Notes: generated by a model from the letters alone, not told the origin. 64,000 nucleotides of DNA from a virus (IMGVR_UViG_3300020047_001061:8564-72563); one strand, 5' to 3'. Positions 29,105 through 39,810 are shown, numbered from the stretch's first letter. Made by a program: numbers and translations.

Positions 29105-30451
29105 ATGTCCAAAGAAATCATCGAAAAATTGGATGCTATCGAAGCCAAGCAGGCTGAAAGCATCGTGGCTGTAGAAGCCAAAATCCCCGCTGCTGTTGAA
29201 GCCGTCAAGGCCGAGTTCAGCGAAATGGTTGCTGCTCTGGAAGCCAAAGTTGCCTCCGTGCAAGCTCCCGCTGTCATCAAGCCTGAAAAGACTGTTCGCG
29301 GCGATGTGAACAAGTCGGTTCGTGAGCAACTGAAAGCTGTTGTCAACGGCAAGTCTTCTTTTGAGAAAGAACTGAAGATTTTCGCTGACGAGTCGCAGAT
29401 GGATGCGTACATGAAAGAAGCCTCTGCTTTGACCGCTGGCGGTGATGGCAAGGGTGGTCGTACTGCTTACGATCCAGTGTTTGCTGCTCTGCGTTTGGCT
29501 AACCCCTTGCGCGGCGTGTCTCGCACTGTGGCTACTGACGGCTCCAGCTATCAGTTCCGTGTCAAGACTGGCAATGCTGGCGCTCAATGGGGCTACGGCA
29601 TCCAGAACAACGGTACGCCCACAACTGAAAACACTTCCATCTGGCAAATCGTCCTGAAGGACATCAACGTTCAGTTCCCAATCCGTACTGCGGCTTTGGA
29701 CGACATTGATGGCTTGGAAGCAAACGTGGTTGATGACATGTTGGCCGAATTTGCACAGAACGAAGCTCTGTCCATGATTTCCAACAACGACCAAAGCGGT
29801 GACGGCACTACCGTTGCAACTGGCGGCGCTGATGGCCTGCGTGGTTTGGATCAGTACGGCGGCGCTAACTCCACCTACACTGGCGGTACAACTTCTACTG
29901 CTGCTTTCGGTTCGTCTGGCACTGGTTCCACATCTGGCTTGCACAGCTTGGCTACCTACGACCAGTTGACTTCCAACGCTAACACTGTTGGCGCTGCAAA
30001 CATCACTTACAAAGACGTTGTGAACTTCATCTACGCACTGCCACAGCAGTACTGGACTGAAAGCGCAAAGTTTGTCGTGAGTCCTGTTTTGCTGTCGCAA
30101 ATCCGTGGCTTGGTTGACGACAACGGCACTCCCGTGTTTGAGCGTATGTCCCCTCTGGAAACCAACGGCATCGTTGGTCGTCTGTTGGGCTTTGATGTGG
30201 TGGTCAACAAGTATCTGGACAATCCTAGCCAGACAACTACTGGCACTGCTGGCACTACCAGCCTGTACCCAATGTACTTTGCTGACTGGAGCCGCTTCCA
30301 CACCATCATCGACCGCTTGAACATGGTCATGCGCCGCTACGACCAGACATTGCCCGGTTACATCACCTTCTTTGGTGAGAAGCGTTTGGCAACCTCGGTG
30401 CGCGATCCCTTTGCAGGCGTTCGCTACCGTTCGACAGGCACTGCGACCTGA
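29105..30451 (+). CDS. Major capsid protein, copy B
   Basis: Homologue of 20074-21423. Confidence 0.92.
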   Translation: MSKEIIEKLDAIEAKQAESIVAVEAKIPAAVEAVKAEFSEMVAALEAKVASVQAPAVIKPEKTVRGDVNKSVREQLKAVVNGKSSFEKELKIFADESQMDAYMKEASALTAGGDGKGGRTAYDPVFAALRLANPLRGVSRTVATDGSSYQFRVKTGNAGAQWGYGIQNNGTPTTENTSIWQIVLKDINVQFPIRTAALDDIDGLEANVVDDMLAEFAQNEALSMISNNDQSGDGTTVATGGADGLRGLDQYGGANSTYTGGTTSTAAFGSSGTGSTSGLHSLATYDQLTSNANTVGAANITYKDVVNFIYALPQQYWTESAKFVVSPVLLSQIRGLVDDNGTPVFERMSPLETNGIVGRLLGFDVVVNKYLDNPSQTTTGTAGTTSLYPMYFADWSRFHTIIDRLNMVMRRYDQTLPGYITFFGEKRLATSVRDPFAGVRYRSTGTAT

Positions 30452-30458
30452 TAAAAAT

Positions 30459-30483
30459 GGAGGGGCTAAAGCCCCTCCTTTTT
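30459..30483 (+). terminator. Rho-independent terminator after major capsid gene, copy B
   Basis: GGAGGGGC-taaa-GCCCCTCC-TTTTT. Confidence 0.8.
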
Positions 30484-30507
30484 GCGCCATTACTTTAGGA
30501 AATTGCC

Positions 30508-31521
30508 ATGACCATCACTGAAAAAATCCTCGCTGGAATCAAGCAAGCCATTACCGAAGGCGGCACAGTCAACATCGACCTGAAAGAAGCCTCTGCAATC
30601 ACTGGCTCTGGTTCTGGTGTGGGTGGTCGTGCAGTATTTGATGATGCTTTCGCCGCACTGCGTTATGCCAACCCCTTCCGTATGGGTTCGCGCATTACGC
30701 CTGTTGCTGGCTCTGACATGCAATTCGTTGCCAAGACTGGTAACGCAACATACCAAACAAACCCTTGGGGCTACCCGGTTCAAAACAACACTGGTACTCC
30801 CGGCACAAACACCAGCATCTGGCAACTGCCTGTGCGCGTGGTGACTGCTCAACTGCCCATCCGTTCGGCTGTCATGTCTGACGTAAATAGTCTTGAGTCC
30901 TCCATTGTTGAAGACCTCGCCTTGGAATTTGCCCAAGTTGAAGGCGCTTCTATGGCGATCAACAATGACCAAGCTGGCTCGACCACAACATCTACAGGCG
31001 CGACATCTGGTTTGCGTGGTCTGGACATGTATGTGAGTGCTTCAACAAGCGCCTACGGCACATCTGGCACTGCCATGACAAACGGCATTCACAGCATCGC
31101 TACAGTGGCTCAGACAAGCGGCGGCGTGACGTACAACAACATTGTTGATGTTGTAACCGCATTCCCATCGCAGTATTGGGCATTGCCCGGTAATGCTTGG
31201 CATATCAGCCCTGCCATGATTGACTCGCTGCGTAGCCTGAAGGATTCGCAAGGTCTGCCATTGTTCTTGGAAGTTGGCGATGAAGACGGTGCTGCTGTTG
31301 GCCGCATGTTTGGTTTCCCCGTAATTCCAAACCCATACCTGTCTAGCTCCTTCCCAATTTACTTGGGCAACTGGCCTCGTTTCCTGACCATTGGCGACAC
31401 TGAGCAGATGTCCATTCAAATGATGGAACAAACAACTCCCGGTTTCGTTACACTGTACGCAGAAAAGCGTGTGGTTAGCTCCGTGCGTGACCCGTTTGCT
31501 GGCGTTCGCATGAGCGCCTAA
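30508..31521 (+). CDS. Second HK97-fold capsid protein paralogue, copy B
   Basis: Homologue of 18974-20017 and paralogue of upstream capsid. Confidence 0.75.
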   Translation: MTITEKILAGIKQAITEGGTVNIDLKEASAITGSGSGVGGRAVFDDAFAALRYANPFRMGSRITPVAGSDMQFVAKTGNATYQTNPWGYPVQNNTGTPGTNTSIWQLPVRVVTAQLPIRSAVMSDVNSLESSIVEDLALEFAQVEGASMAINNDQAGSTTTSTGATSGLRGLDMYVSASTSAYGTSGTAMTNGIHSIATVAQTSGGVTYNNIVDVVTAFPSQYWALPGNAWHISPAMIDSLRSLKDSQGLPLFLEVGDEDGAAVGRMFGFPVIPNPYLSSSFPIYLGNWPRFLTIGDTEQMSIQMMEQTTPGFVTLYAEKRVVSSVRDPFAGVRMSA

Positions 31522-31532
31522 TTGGAGCAGTT

Positions 31533-32204
31533 ATGACTGTGCAAAGCGTTCTGACTGGTCTGCCTTATGGTGGGCAATCTCGCAATCCGTTCAACTACGT
31601 CAAGGTCGAGCAGATTGATCGTGATGTAGTCACAAACTGGTTGACTGCTGAAGAAATCACTCAGCAGTTGAACTTGTTTGGCGATGAGAGTCAGGACTCT
31701 TACATCTTGTCGCTTGAACTGGCGACACGCATGTACATTGAGGATTTCCTTGGCATGTCCATCTTCCCTGTGACGTACCGTGTTTGGTACGGCGCAGAGA
31801 GCCTTACAGCAACGCCTGTGAGCTTGGATTTGCCAGAGGTGAGCCAGAACCTGTATTCAAACCAAGCTGGCCTTGAGATTGAAGTTGTGGGCTACTACAA
31901 CTCTTTGTTCCCGCCTACGTTTGTTGCTGTTGAGCCATCTCAGTATTACTATGATGCCAGTGGCAACAAGATCATCATCTCCAGCCTGCCTACCGACATC
32001 AACACACAGATGACGGCCCCAATCATTGCTGAGTACACGACTGTGGCAAACCCACTGTCCACATACCCGGTGATTAAGCAGGCTGGCCTGTTGATCCTGA
32101 CGCATCTGTACAACAATCGTTCGGACACAACCGAAACAAAGCTGAAGACCATTCCTTATGGCGCACAAGTGCTTTTAAGAAATTACAAGCCCCTCATTAT
32201 GTAA
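31533..32204 (+). CDS. Head-tail connector (gp6-like), copy B
   Basis: Homologue of 18300-18971. Confidence 0.8.
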   Translation: MTVQSVLTGLPYGGQSRNPFNYVKVEQIDRDVVTNWLTAEEITQQLNLFGDESQDSYILSLELATRMYIEDFLGMSIFPVTYRVWYGAESLTATPVSLDLPEVSQNLYSNQAGLEIEVVGYYNSLFPPTFVAVEPSQYYYDASGNKIIISSLPTDINTQMTAPIIAEYTTVANPLSTYPVIKQAGLLILTHLYNNRSDTTETKLKTIPYGAQVLLRNYKPLIM

Positions 32205-32208
32205 ACTT

Positions 32209-32832
32209 ATGTTTGTATATTGGATTCATTTGCCAGAGCAAACCAACGTAGCAATTGAAGGCTATGTTGGTATCGCCATGAATTTTGAGCAACGGATGTC
32301 TGCTCATAAGTCATGTGCAAAAACCGGCAAAGAGCAAACCTTGTACAAAGCAATTCGCAAATACGGATGGGAAAATCTTGTAAAGGAAATAATTTTGATT
32401 TCCGATGAAAATTACTGTCTTGAGATTGAGAAAAAGTTAAGACCAGCGCCAAGGATTGGATGGAACATTGCTGTTGGTGGTGGTGAAATTACCGGGGCAC
32501 ATCTCAAAGGCGTTAAACAATCTGAGCAGCATCTTGCCAACAGGAAAAAAGCACTTGTTGGAAGGGTTTCTGGCATGAAAGGCAAAAAAATGCCAAAAGA
32601 GTCTATGGAAAGAACAATGCAATATGTTCGCGGCATTCCAAAGACTGAAGAATGCAAAAAAAGGATTGCCGCATCAAAACATAAGCCCTTGATGGTCAAT
32701 GGTATAGTTTATAAAAGCTGGAAAGAGGCAAGTCAAAAGACTGGCATTCCAACAGGAAGCATCTCTTATTTGCTAAAAGCTCCACCCGCAAAAGGCAAAT
32801 GGTCTGATTACAGTGTTAAGGAAGTGTCGTAA
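32209..32832 (+). mobile_element. Free-standing GIY-YIG homing endonuclease with NUMOD-like repeats
   Basis: VYWI...YVG...R...H N-terminus; GxKxSEEH/TEECKKRI-type repeats; AT-richer than flanks; absent at syntenic site in copy A (18298-18300). Confidence 0.8.
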
Positions 32833-33176
32833 TGGCAATCGCACGTTTTGAGAATGTGACCATCAAGAACCTGACCTTTGGGCAGTCTTCTTTTGGTGAG
32901 CAGTCCACTACTCAGACAGAGTGGTTTCAAACCCGTGCGCGTGTTGAAGATGTGGCGAACAACGTCAAGATTGCAGACAAGTACCGTCTGTACCAAGACT
33001 TGGTGAACTTCACATTCAACTACACTCCAAACACCAAGCTGATTGTTGACAACCAACAGTCGTACTCTATCAACTGGCGTGGCAACGATTGGCGCATTAC
33101 GGATGTTCGTGAATCGAATGACCGCATGACCGTCAAGATGATGTGCTACCGCGCTGACCCTGTTACGGCGGTGTAA
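32832..33176 (+). CDS. Head closure protein, copy B
   Basis: Homologue of 17954-18298. Confidence 0.75.
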   Translation: MAIARFENVTIKNLTFGQSSFGEQSTTQTEWFQTRARVEDVANNVKIADKYRLYQDLVNFTFNYTPNTKLIVDNQQSYSINWRGNDWRITDVRESNDRMTVKMMCYRADPVTAV

Positions 33177-33596
33177 ATGGCAACACAGAACAACGTCATC
33201 CAGTATGGTCAGGCCATCCAGTATCAACTGGCAAACATTGTCACGCCTGTGCCTGTGTATGCGGCTTTTAACCGTAACTTTGCGACACAGCCCAAGTTCA
33301 TTACTTGGATGCTCCGCAACGTCCACCAGCCTGTATATACAGGCCAGCAGCAAAGCAACAAAGGCATTGACCGTCCAGTGTTCCAGATTTCGATTTTCAC
33401 TCAGAAGATTGAAGACGGGTTCACTATCTCCAATCAGGTGCTTCAAGCCCTGCATGGTTATAGCGGTCAATTTGGGAGTCCGTCAGACGGCTTTTTCATC
33501 GCAAAAGCTGATGTGATGTGGCTTTACAATAGCTACAACAACGAGGAAAATATGGCGCAAATCTTCTTGGATTGCACCATTGACGTTCCGGCGTAA
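33177..33596 (+). CDS. Tail terminator protein, copy B
   Basis: Homologue of 17535-17954. Confidence 0.7.
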   Translation: MATQNNVIQYGQAIQYQLANIVTPVPVYAAFNRNFATQPKFITWMLRNVHQPVYTGQQQSNKGIDRPVFQISIFTQKIEDGFTISNQVLQALHGYSGQFGSPSDGFFIAKADVMWLYNSYNNEENMAQIFLDCTIDVPA

Positions 33597-33639
33597 TACA
33601 AGACAACTTGTTCAACTATCTTTTTGAAGGAAACTCAAA

Positions 33640-34164
33640 ATGGCTCTCATTAACAAAGTCTTGCCCGGTTATGTGGCAACCCTGTGGTGTCAAACTGGCG
33701 CTACGCCCACACCTCTGACTGACGCTCAATTGTCAACTTGGACTGGTCAAATCGCTGACATCATCGGCACTGCCGCTGGTGGTACTGGTACTGACGGTAT
33801 CAACGTGCCTGTTGAAGCAATCCCTGCTTTCGGTGCTGATGACGCTGTGGCCGCTTTCTCGGTTGCTGGCGCTCGTACTGGTGCAAAGATCACCACTCAG
33901 AACCAAGTGACCTCGTTGAGCATCACTTCTGCTTGGAACCCTGCTGACACTGCTCAGTTGTTGATCCGTGAAGACGGCTACAACGGCACAATCGTTCGCA
34001 CCTACGTTATTGCTGTGTATGACGGCGAAGACACTGTTGCCTACGCTTTCAACGGCATGGTTGGCGGTATGTCTTGGGACATGTCTCCTTCTGCTGAAGG
34101 CAAGTTCAACTTCACAATCCACCCAATCGGTGGCAACAGCTACGGCTGGTCAAACAACGCCTAA
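33640..34164 (+). CDS. Major tail (tube) protein, copy B (single copy)
   Basis: PVEAIPAFG.DDAVA, AWNPAD, YAFNG, YGWSNN motifs. Confidence 0.75.
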   Translation: MALINKVLPGYVATLWCQTGATPTPLTDAQLSTWTGQIADIIGTAAGGTGTDGINVPVEAIPAFGADDAVAAFSVAGARTGAKITTQNQVTSLSITSAWNPADTAQLLIREDGYNGTIVRTYVIAVYDGEDTVAYAFNGMVGGMSWDMSPSAEGKFNFTIHPIGGNSYGWSNNA

Positions 34165-34170
34165 GACAAT

Positions 34171-34395
34171 ATGACGACAATAAAAGACAACACAGACCTG
34201 TTGAGTTTCCTTGTGGGCCAAGCCGATTCTTCCAAGAATTGGTTTGGCTTCACTCAGCAGCGCATTACGGCCATTGCTTTGGCTCACGACATTGCACGGC
34301 ATCATGCCGACAAACTCACGCCAGATGAAGCTGTGGCTTATGCCATTGCATTGAATCAGGCCGTATACGACAAGATCATCAAAACTACACGATAA
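34171..34395 (+). CDS. Hypothetical tail-region protein, copy B
   Basis: Homologue of 16036-16257. Confidence 0.7.
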   Translation: MTTIKDNTDLLSFLVGQADSSKNWFGFTQQRITAIALAHDIARHHADKLTPDEAVAYAIALNQAVYDKIIKTTR

Positions 34396-34404
34396 GGAAA
34401 TCAC

Positions 34405-34875
34405 ATGTCACGCATCTCATCTGCTTTTGGCGACAGTTACCAAAAGGCATCTGCACATTTGCGTACCAAGTCTTTTGAACTTGGTGGGCACATCTTTAAG
34501 GTTCGCATCCCTTTGACCAAAGAGATGGAACAACTGGAAGATCGAATCACAACCATTGACGAAGTCGAATTGAACGCTCGCTACGAGAAGATGTCGTCCA
34601 GCTTCCGTGACGGCTCAATCATCGAAGGTGTTGAAGTCGCCGAGGACGATGTAATCGTTGAAGGTCGTTCCACTATGGGTTTGGCGCGTTCCGTCATCCT
34701 GATGGAGCAACGAATTGTTGAGTACATCAAGCTGCTTGTACCTGAGACTGGAGACTTGGACAATCTGACGTATGAGGAAGTTGAAGCTGAATGGCCCATG
34801 ATGGTCCAGCTTGAAATTATCGCGAAGATTACCGAGTCGATTCAACCGGGCTACAAGGACGCTCGAAAAAACTAA
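34405..34875 (+). CDS. Tail assembly chaperone (G-like), copy B
   Basis: Homologue of 15556-16026. Confidence 0.75.
   Translation: MSRISSAFGDSYQKASAHLRTKSFELGGHIFKVRIPLTKEMEQLEDRITTIDEVELNARYEKMSSSFRDGSIIEGVEVAEDDVIVEGRSTMGLARSVILMEQRIVEYIKLLVPETGDLDNLTYEEVEAEWPMMVQLEIIAKITESIQPGYKDARKN
34866..34872 (+). other. -1 ribosomal frameshift heptamer A AAA AAC, copy B
   Basis: In frame before TAA; -1 frame open to 35216. Confidence 0.75.
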
Positions 34876-35216
34876 TTCAGGACGCTCACTCACAAGCCAG
34901 AGCGTACATCTACGCTCACGGTGGGTGTCCTGATGAAGTTCCTGTTGATGACCTGAGAAACATTGAGATTATGTTGAGCGATGGGATGATTGGGAACAAG
35001 GCGCTGTTGTTGGCGCTAAGTTCCTTGACCACTGGCAACTTAAACTCGAAAATGCAGAAGACGGCAAAGCCATTCAAGATGATGGATGTGTTGCCGTCAA
35101 CGCACGACTACATCGTTCCACCTTTGAGTGAAGAGCAGCAGCGTGAGCAAACTAACCGACAACTGTTGGCGTTTGTTGCGATGAAGCCGGGTTCGGAGAA
35201 ATTCTTGAAAGAGTGA
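34872..35216 (+). CDS. Tail assembly chaperone frameshift extension, copy B
   Basis: LIQDAHSQARAYIYAHGGCPDEVPVDDLRNIEIMLSDG... stop-free; conserved with copy A. Confidence 0.7.
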   Translation, partial: LIQDAHSQARAYIYAHGGCPDEVPVDDLRNIEIMLSDGMIGNKALLLALSSLTTGNLNSKMQKTAKPFKMMDVLPSTHDYIVPPLSEEQQREQTNRQLLAFVAMKPGSEKFLKE

Positions 35217-35217
35217 C

Positions 35218-35709
35218 ATGGAATACACCCCGCAAAGCAAATCTTTTAAGTTGGAAGGGTTTGCTGAATTTGAGCAGCAGTTGCGAGACATGGCTGAAGG
35301 ATTCCGGGGTGATTTGGTGGCTCGAAACACGCTCACGCCAGCCGCAAAGGCTGCAATGGGTTCAGTCTTTGCATCGGCCCAATCAAGGGCTGCTGTTGGC
35401 GACAAGCCACGGGACGCTGACAACCCAATCCACATGCGCGACACAATCCGTCTTGACTCCAGAATTCCAAACGCCAAGGACAAGATGAGCGAATACGTCA
35501 ATGAGACTGACGCTGTGATTGCTGTGGTTTCTGTGAAGAAGAGCGCTGTATCTCTTGCCAACGAATTTGGCACATCCAAGATGGCTGCTCGACCTTTTCT
35601 GCGCCCTGCCTTGCAAGAAAACGCCGAGTCTGTGTTGACTGAACTAAAATCACAGTTGGCTGTCAGAATCCCTGAATATGCCAAGAAACTGGCGCGAAGG
35701 AAGAAATAA
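35218..35709 (+). CDS. HK97 gp10-like protein, copy B
   Basis: EFGTSKMAARPFLRPAL. Confidence 0.8.
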   Translation: MEYTPQSKSFKLEGFAEFEQQLRDMAEGFRGDLVARNTLTPAAKAAMGSVFASAQSRAAVGDKPRDADNPIHMRDTIRLDSRIPNAKDKMSEYVNETDAVIAVVSVKKSAVSLANEFGTSKMAARPFLRPALQENAESVLTELKSQLAVRIPEYAKKLARRKK

Positions 35710-38129
35710 TGGCTTCACAAAATATTGCTCGACTTGGCGTTGTCCTTGGCTTGGACACGGCTGAATTTACAGCTTCCATTGACAAAGCAATCGCCGAAAA
35801 CGTCAAGCTCAAAAATGCCATTCGCCGCGAGACTGATGCTGCTGCAAAAGAGATTGTTGCGCTTAAATACGCCACTGACGATTACGGTAAGACTGTCTCC
35901 AAGGTCACTCAGGTTGAACGTGAGATGGCCGCTGGACGATTCAAGAACGCCACCGTTGATGTAAAGAAGCAGTTGCTGGACCAAGCTGCTGCTTACGACA
36001 AAATTGCCATGTCGGCAAAGAGTGCAACTGGCGCTCAGTTCAAGATGAACGAGCAGCAGAAGCTGCAACTGACATATCAAACGACTGACTTGTTTACGCA
36101 GATTGCTTCTGGTCAAAGCCCGTTTATTGCGCTCATCCAGCAAGGTGGTCAGTTGAAAGATTCGATGGGTGGCTTGGGCAACATGTTCAAGGCTATTGGA
36201 TCGTTGTTTACTCCGTTTAGTGTTGGTCTTGGTACTGTGGCTATTGGCCTTGGTGCGGTTGGTTTGGCAGCTTATCAGGCAAGGGATGACTTGGATAAGC
36301 TGCGTAATGCTTTGACGCTTACCGGGAACTACTCTGGGGTGACTGAGGAGTCCTTTAAGAAACTGGCTAACACTTTAAGTGGAACGACAAAAACAAGCCT
36401 TGGAAAAACAAAAGAAGCCTTAATGGAGGTCATTTCCTCTGGTCAATTTACCGGGACTTCTATCAATGCCGTTACGCAAGCAATCATCACTTATTCGCAG
36501 ATTGCTGGAGTCTCTGCTGCTGAGGCAACCCAAAAACTAAAGGGTGGCTTGAGTGGGACTGCTGAAGGTGCAAAAGCCCTCAACAAGGAAATGAACTTCC
36601 TAACTCTTGAGCAATACAAACAAATTGAGGCTTTGGAAAAAGCCAACAAAAAACAAGAGGCTGCTCAATTAGTTGCTGTTGCTCTGAACACAAAGCTGGA
36701 GCAGCAGCGCCGAGAGCTTGGTTTGCTTGAAGGCGCATGGAAATCCGTCACGACTGCCATGAGCAACTATTGGGACAGATTCAAAGAGTTCCTGTCTGGG
36801 CCAACACAGGTGCAGACGCTTGATGCTCTTGATAAGCAAATTTCAGAAATCCAGCAAAAACTTTCTGGGACGGCAGAAGATGAGGACACGGCATACGCTC
36901 GGGGCTGGAGGAAAATTTTAGCTTCACTGAAAGCCAGCAAAGAAAACCTTCAAGAAATTCAGCGCCTTCAGGCTCGTTCTGCGTCATCCAAAGAAATTGG
37001 CAACGCCAAAGAAGAAATTGATGAGTACGACAAGTACAAAGGAATGTACAAGGCAAAGGCAATGGAAGTTGCCAAAGCTCAATCAGAAGCAAGATTTGCT
37101 GTAGCCAAGCAAGGCGCAAATGAGATGCAGATGATTGAGCTTGAGTCTGCCAAAAAACTTGAAGATGCGCGAAGGGAAATGGCTGAGAAAAATCAGCAAG
37201 AGGATGGTCGCGCCACTGCTCAAAACCTTGAGATTTACAAAAACAAAGCTATTGCAATTGCAACTGAGGCTGCTGAGAAAATTAAACAGATTCGCACCAA
37301 GTACGCAATTGCACAGTTCAATGAAGAAGAGGCTGCTGCTCAAGAGTTTAATGCGGCATGGGCTGCGGAAAACAATCGCCGCGCCGCCTTGGTTGTTTCT
37401 TCTCAGGAAAAAACTCGTGACATGGAGTACCAGCGTGAATCTCTTGACTTGAAATACAAGATGATTTACGCAACAGAGCAAGAGCAAAGATTGGCTCAAA
37501 TTTCTCTTGAGTACGCTCGTAAGCGTAAAGAGGTTGAAGGCCAAGACACATTTGTCTTAAAAGAGCTTGAGCGTCAAGAGCAGATGGAAAAAATGTTTGT
37601 GACTATGGCTGAGTCTGCAAGACGCACACAGGAAGTGTTTGACTCTGTGTGGGGCAACTTAGGTTCGGCCATCGACAACTTTGTCAAGACTGGCAAGCTG
37701 AACATGAAGGACTTTGCCCGTAGCGTCATTCAGGACTTGATTGCAATCCAGATGAAGGCTGCTGCTCTGCGGTTTCTTGGCGCTATGTTTGGCAGCTTTG
37801 GAAATGTTGGGGCCAATGGAGCAAGTGGGCTTGGCACTGGCGTTACTGGCTTTGGCTCATCTTATGCTGAAGGCGGAAGCCCAACGCCTAACACTGTCAA
37901 TCTTGTTGGCGAGAATGGTCCAGAATTGTTTGTCCCTCGCACTGCTGGCACAATCATTCCAAATCACGACCTTGGGAAAATGGGCAGCACAACGACTGTC
38001 ACAAACAACTACATTAACGCAATTGATGCCAAGTCGTTTGAGAACAGGCTGCTGGAGAGTAGTAACACAATCTGGGCTGGCTACCAGTACGCTAACAAGC
38101 AGCTTGCATCGAACGGGAGAAGGGCATGA
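35709..38129 (+). CDS. Tail tape measure protein, copy B
   Basis: 806 aa, same length as and homologous to copy A. Confidence 0.9.
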   Translation: MASQNIARLGVVLGLDTAEFTASIDKAIAENVKLKNAIRRETDAAAKEIVALKYATDDYGKTVSKVTQVEREMAAGRFKNATVDVKKQLLDQAAAYDKIAMSAKSATGAQFKMNEQQKLQLTYQTTDLFTQIASGQSPFIALIQQGGQLKDSMGGLGNMFKAIGSLFTPFSVGLGTVAIGLGAVGLAAYQARDDLDKLRNALTLTGNYSGVTEESFKKLANTLSGTTKTSLGKTKEALMEVISSGQFTGTSINAVTQAIITYSQIAGVSAAEATQKLKGGLSGTAEGAKALNKEMNFLTLEQYKQIEALEKANKKQEAAQLVAVALNTKLEQQRRELGLLEGAWKSVTTAMSNYWDRFKEFLSGPTQVQTLDALDKQISEIQQKLSGTAEDEDTAYARGWRKILASLKASKENLQEIQRLQARSASSKEIGNAKEEIDEYDKYKGMYKAKAMEVAKAQSEARFAVAKQGANEMQMIELESAKKLEDARREMAEKNQQEDGRATAQNLEIYKNKAIAIATEAAEKIKQIRTKYAIAQFNEEEAAAQEFNAAWAAENNRRAALVVSSQEKTRDMEYQRESLDLKYKMIYATEQEQRLAQISLEYARKRKEVEGQDTFVLKELERQEQMEKMFVTMAESARRTQEVFDSVWGNLGSAIDNFVKTGKLNMKDFARSVIQDLIAIQMKAAALRFLGAMFGSFGNVGANGASGLGTGVTGFGSSYAEGGSPTPNTVNLVGENGPELFVPRTAGTIIPNHDLGKMGSTTTVTNNYINAIDAKSFENRLLESSNTIWAGYQYANKQLASNGRRA

Positions 38130-38722
38130 GTTTCCAAACTATCTTTAACATCCAACAGTCCATGACGGTGAACAACCGTAGGATGGTTGGACAGCAAGTT
38201 GCAAGGTCAGGCTACATCACTGTGGCTCAGTACCTTACGGCTGTGCCTTGGGTGTTTACTGTGTCGCCTCACAGCTACTTGTACTATCCACAGGTGCGCG
38301 ACATCATTCAGACAATTGACAACAAAGACCGTCAGTTGCCAGAAACAATCACGTTCAACAACAGCAACCTTGATTGGTTTACCAAAACACTTGGAACGGC
38401 CACAGCGGCAACATTGAACGGTACACCTACCCCAAACACGCAAAGCCTCAATTTGACCTCTAACGGCACGTTTAAGGCGGGTGATTTCATTATGGTGGGT
38501 GGCTATACCTACAAGGTCACAGCCGACTCTGCTGGCTCTGTGGTGACAATCCATCGTCCGTTGATTGGAACTCCATCATCTGGTGCTACGGTGTCAATTG
38601 GCAACGCCTGTACTTTTACTGTTGTGGCGGAGAAGTGCCCAACGTATACTTTGAACCCAATGACAAATGGCGCATTTGTTCAATGGGATAGTGAGTTTGT
38701 GTTTCGGGAGTACATCACATGA
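38126..38722 (+). CDS. Distal tail protein, copy B
   Basis: Homologue of 11664-12302. Confidence 0.65.
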   Translation: MSFQTIFNIQQSMTVNNRRMVGQQVARSGYITVAQYLTAVPWVFTVSPHSYLYYPQVRDIIQTIDNKDRQLPETITFNNSNLDWFTKTLGTATAATLNGTPTPNTQSLNLTSNGTFKAGDFIMVGGYTYKVTADSAGSVVTIHRPLIGTPSSGATVSIGNACTFTVVAEKCPTYTLNPMTNGAFVQWDSEFVFREYIT

Positions 38723-39363
38723 CAACAATGACGGCTCTTAATGGGCCACAAATCAATCACGCAGAGTTTGTGAAGTTGACCGTTGGCACTGCCGAGACTG
38801 TCTACACGTTTTGCAACGCAGCGGCTCCGATTACTGTTGGCGGCAATACGTTTACAAACCTTGGCGCGTTGCTGAACGTAGGCGACGTGCAGCGCGATAT
38901 GCGCTCTACATCTGATGACATGACCATTGCTTTGACTGGCATTGACCCGGCAAGCATTGCACTTATTCTCAGTAGCGACATCAAAGGTTCTCTGGTTGAA
39001 GTGTGGCGCGGTTTTTTTGACTCCAACAACCAGATCATCACAACACCTACAACGCAGTTTTTTAAGCGTTATCAGGGCATCATCAATAGTGTTTCAATCA
39101 CTGAAGACTTCAACACTGAAGCCAGAACACGCATTGCCACTTGTTCAATTGCTTGCTCGTCAATGCGGCGCATTTTGGAAAACAGGCTTGGTGGCATCAA
39201 AACAAATCAATCAAGCTGGCAATTCCTGTACCCGAACGACACAAGCATGAATCGTGTTGCTACGATTGCCAACACATACTTTGACTTTGGTAAGCCGCCA
39301 CAGAAAGAAACTCAATCAACAGACACTACGCAAGTTGATTATTCTGGAAATTGGGGCCAATAA
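38719..39363 (+). CDS. Tail tip/hub protein, copy B
   Basis: Homologue of 11029-11667. Confidence 0.65.
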   Translation: MTTMTALNGPQINHAEFVKLTVGTAETVYTFCNAAAPITVGGNTFTNLGALLNVGDVQRDMRSTSDDMTIALTGIDPASIALILSSDIKGSLVEVWRGFFDSNNQIITTPTTQFFKRYQGIINSVSITEDFNTEARTRIATCSIACSSMRRILENRLGGIKTNQSSWQFLYPNDTSMNRVATIANTYFDFGKPPQKETQSTDTTQVDYSGNWGQ

Positions 39364-39810
39364 TTGATAAGAATAGCAACAAGATATGACATACCAAGAT
39401 TGTTGGAAATTGTAGAGGCGTATGCCTACGAAAACCCGATTGAAACTCTTGGCAAGACACAACATCACAATCCAAGGCACGTTGAGCAATTGCTGTTCAA
39501 TATTATTTTGGGTAGAGGCTTCATCCTGATTGACAATCACATGCGCGGCGCTTTGATTGCGGTAAAGCAAAATAACATCTGGTCGCCTAACGTCCAAGAA
39601 CTTCATGAGTTGCTTTGGTGGGTTGAGCCAGAACACAGGAATGGGTCAGTTGGTGGCCGCTTGTGGAAAGAGTTTGACAAGATAGGAGCGGAAATGTTGG
39701 AACGCAACGATGTTGATTTTGTTATCACCTCTGTCAGCGCACACGGTCCGTTGATTGATTACACAAAGCGCGGCTACAAAGCAGTTGGCGCAAGTTTCGT
39801 AAAGGAATAA
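39364..39810 (+). CDS. GNAT-fold acetyltransferase-like protein, copy B
   Basis: WVEPEHRNGSVGGRL; homologue of 10586-11032. Confidence 0.6.
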   Translation: MIRIATRYDIPRLLEIVEAYAYENPIETLGKTQHHNPRHVEQLLFNIILGRGFILIDNHMRGALIAVKQNNIWSPNVQELHELLWWVEPEHRNGSVGGRLWKEFDKIGAEMLERNDVDFVITSVSAHGPLIDYTKRGYKAVGASFVKE

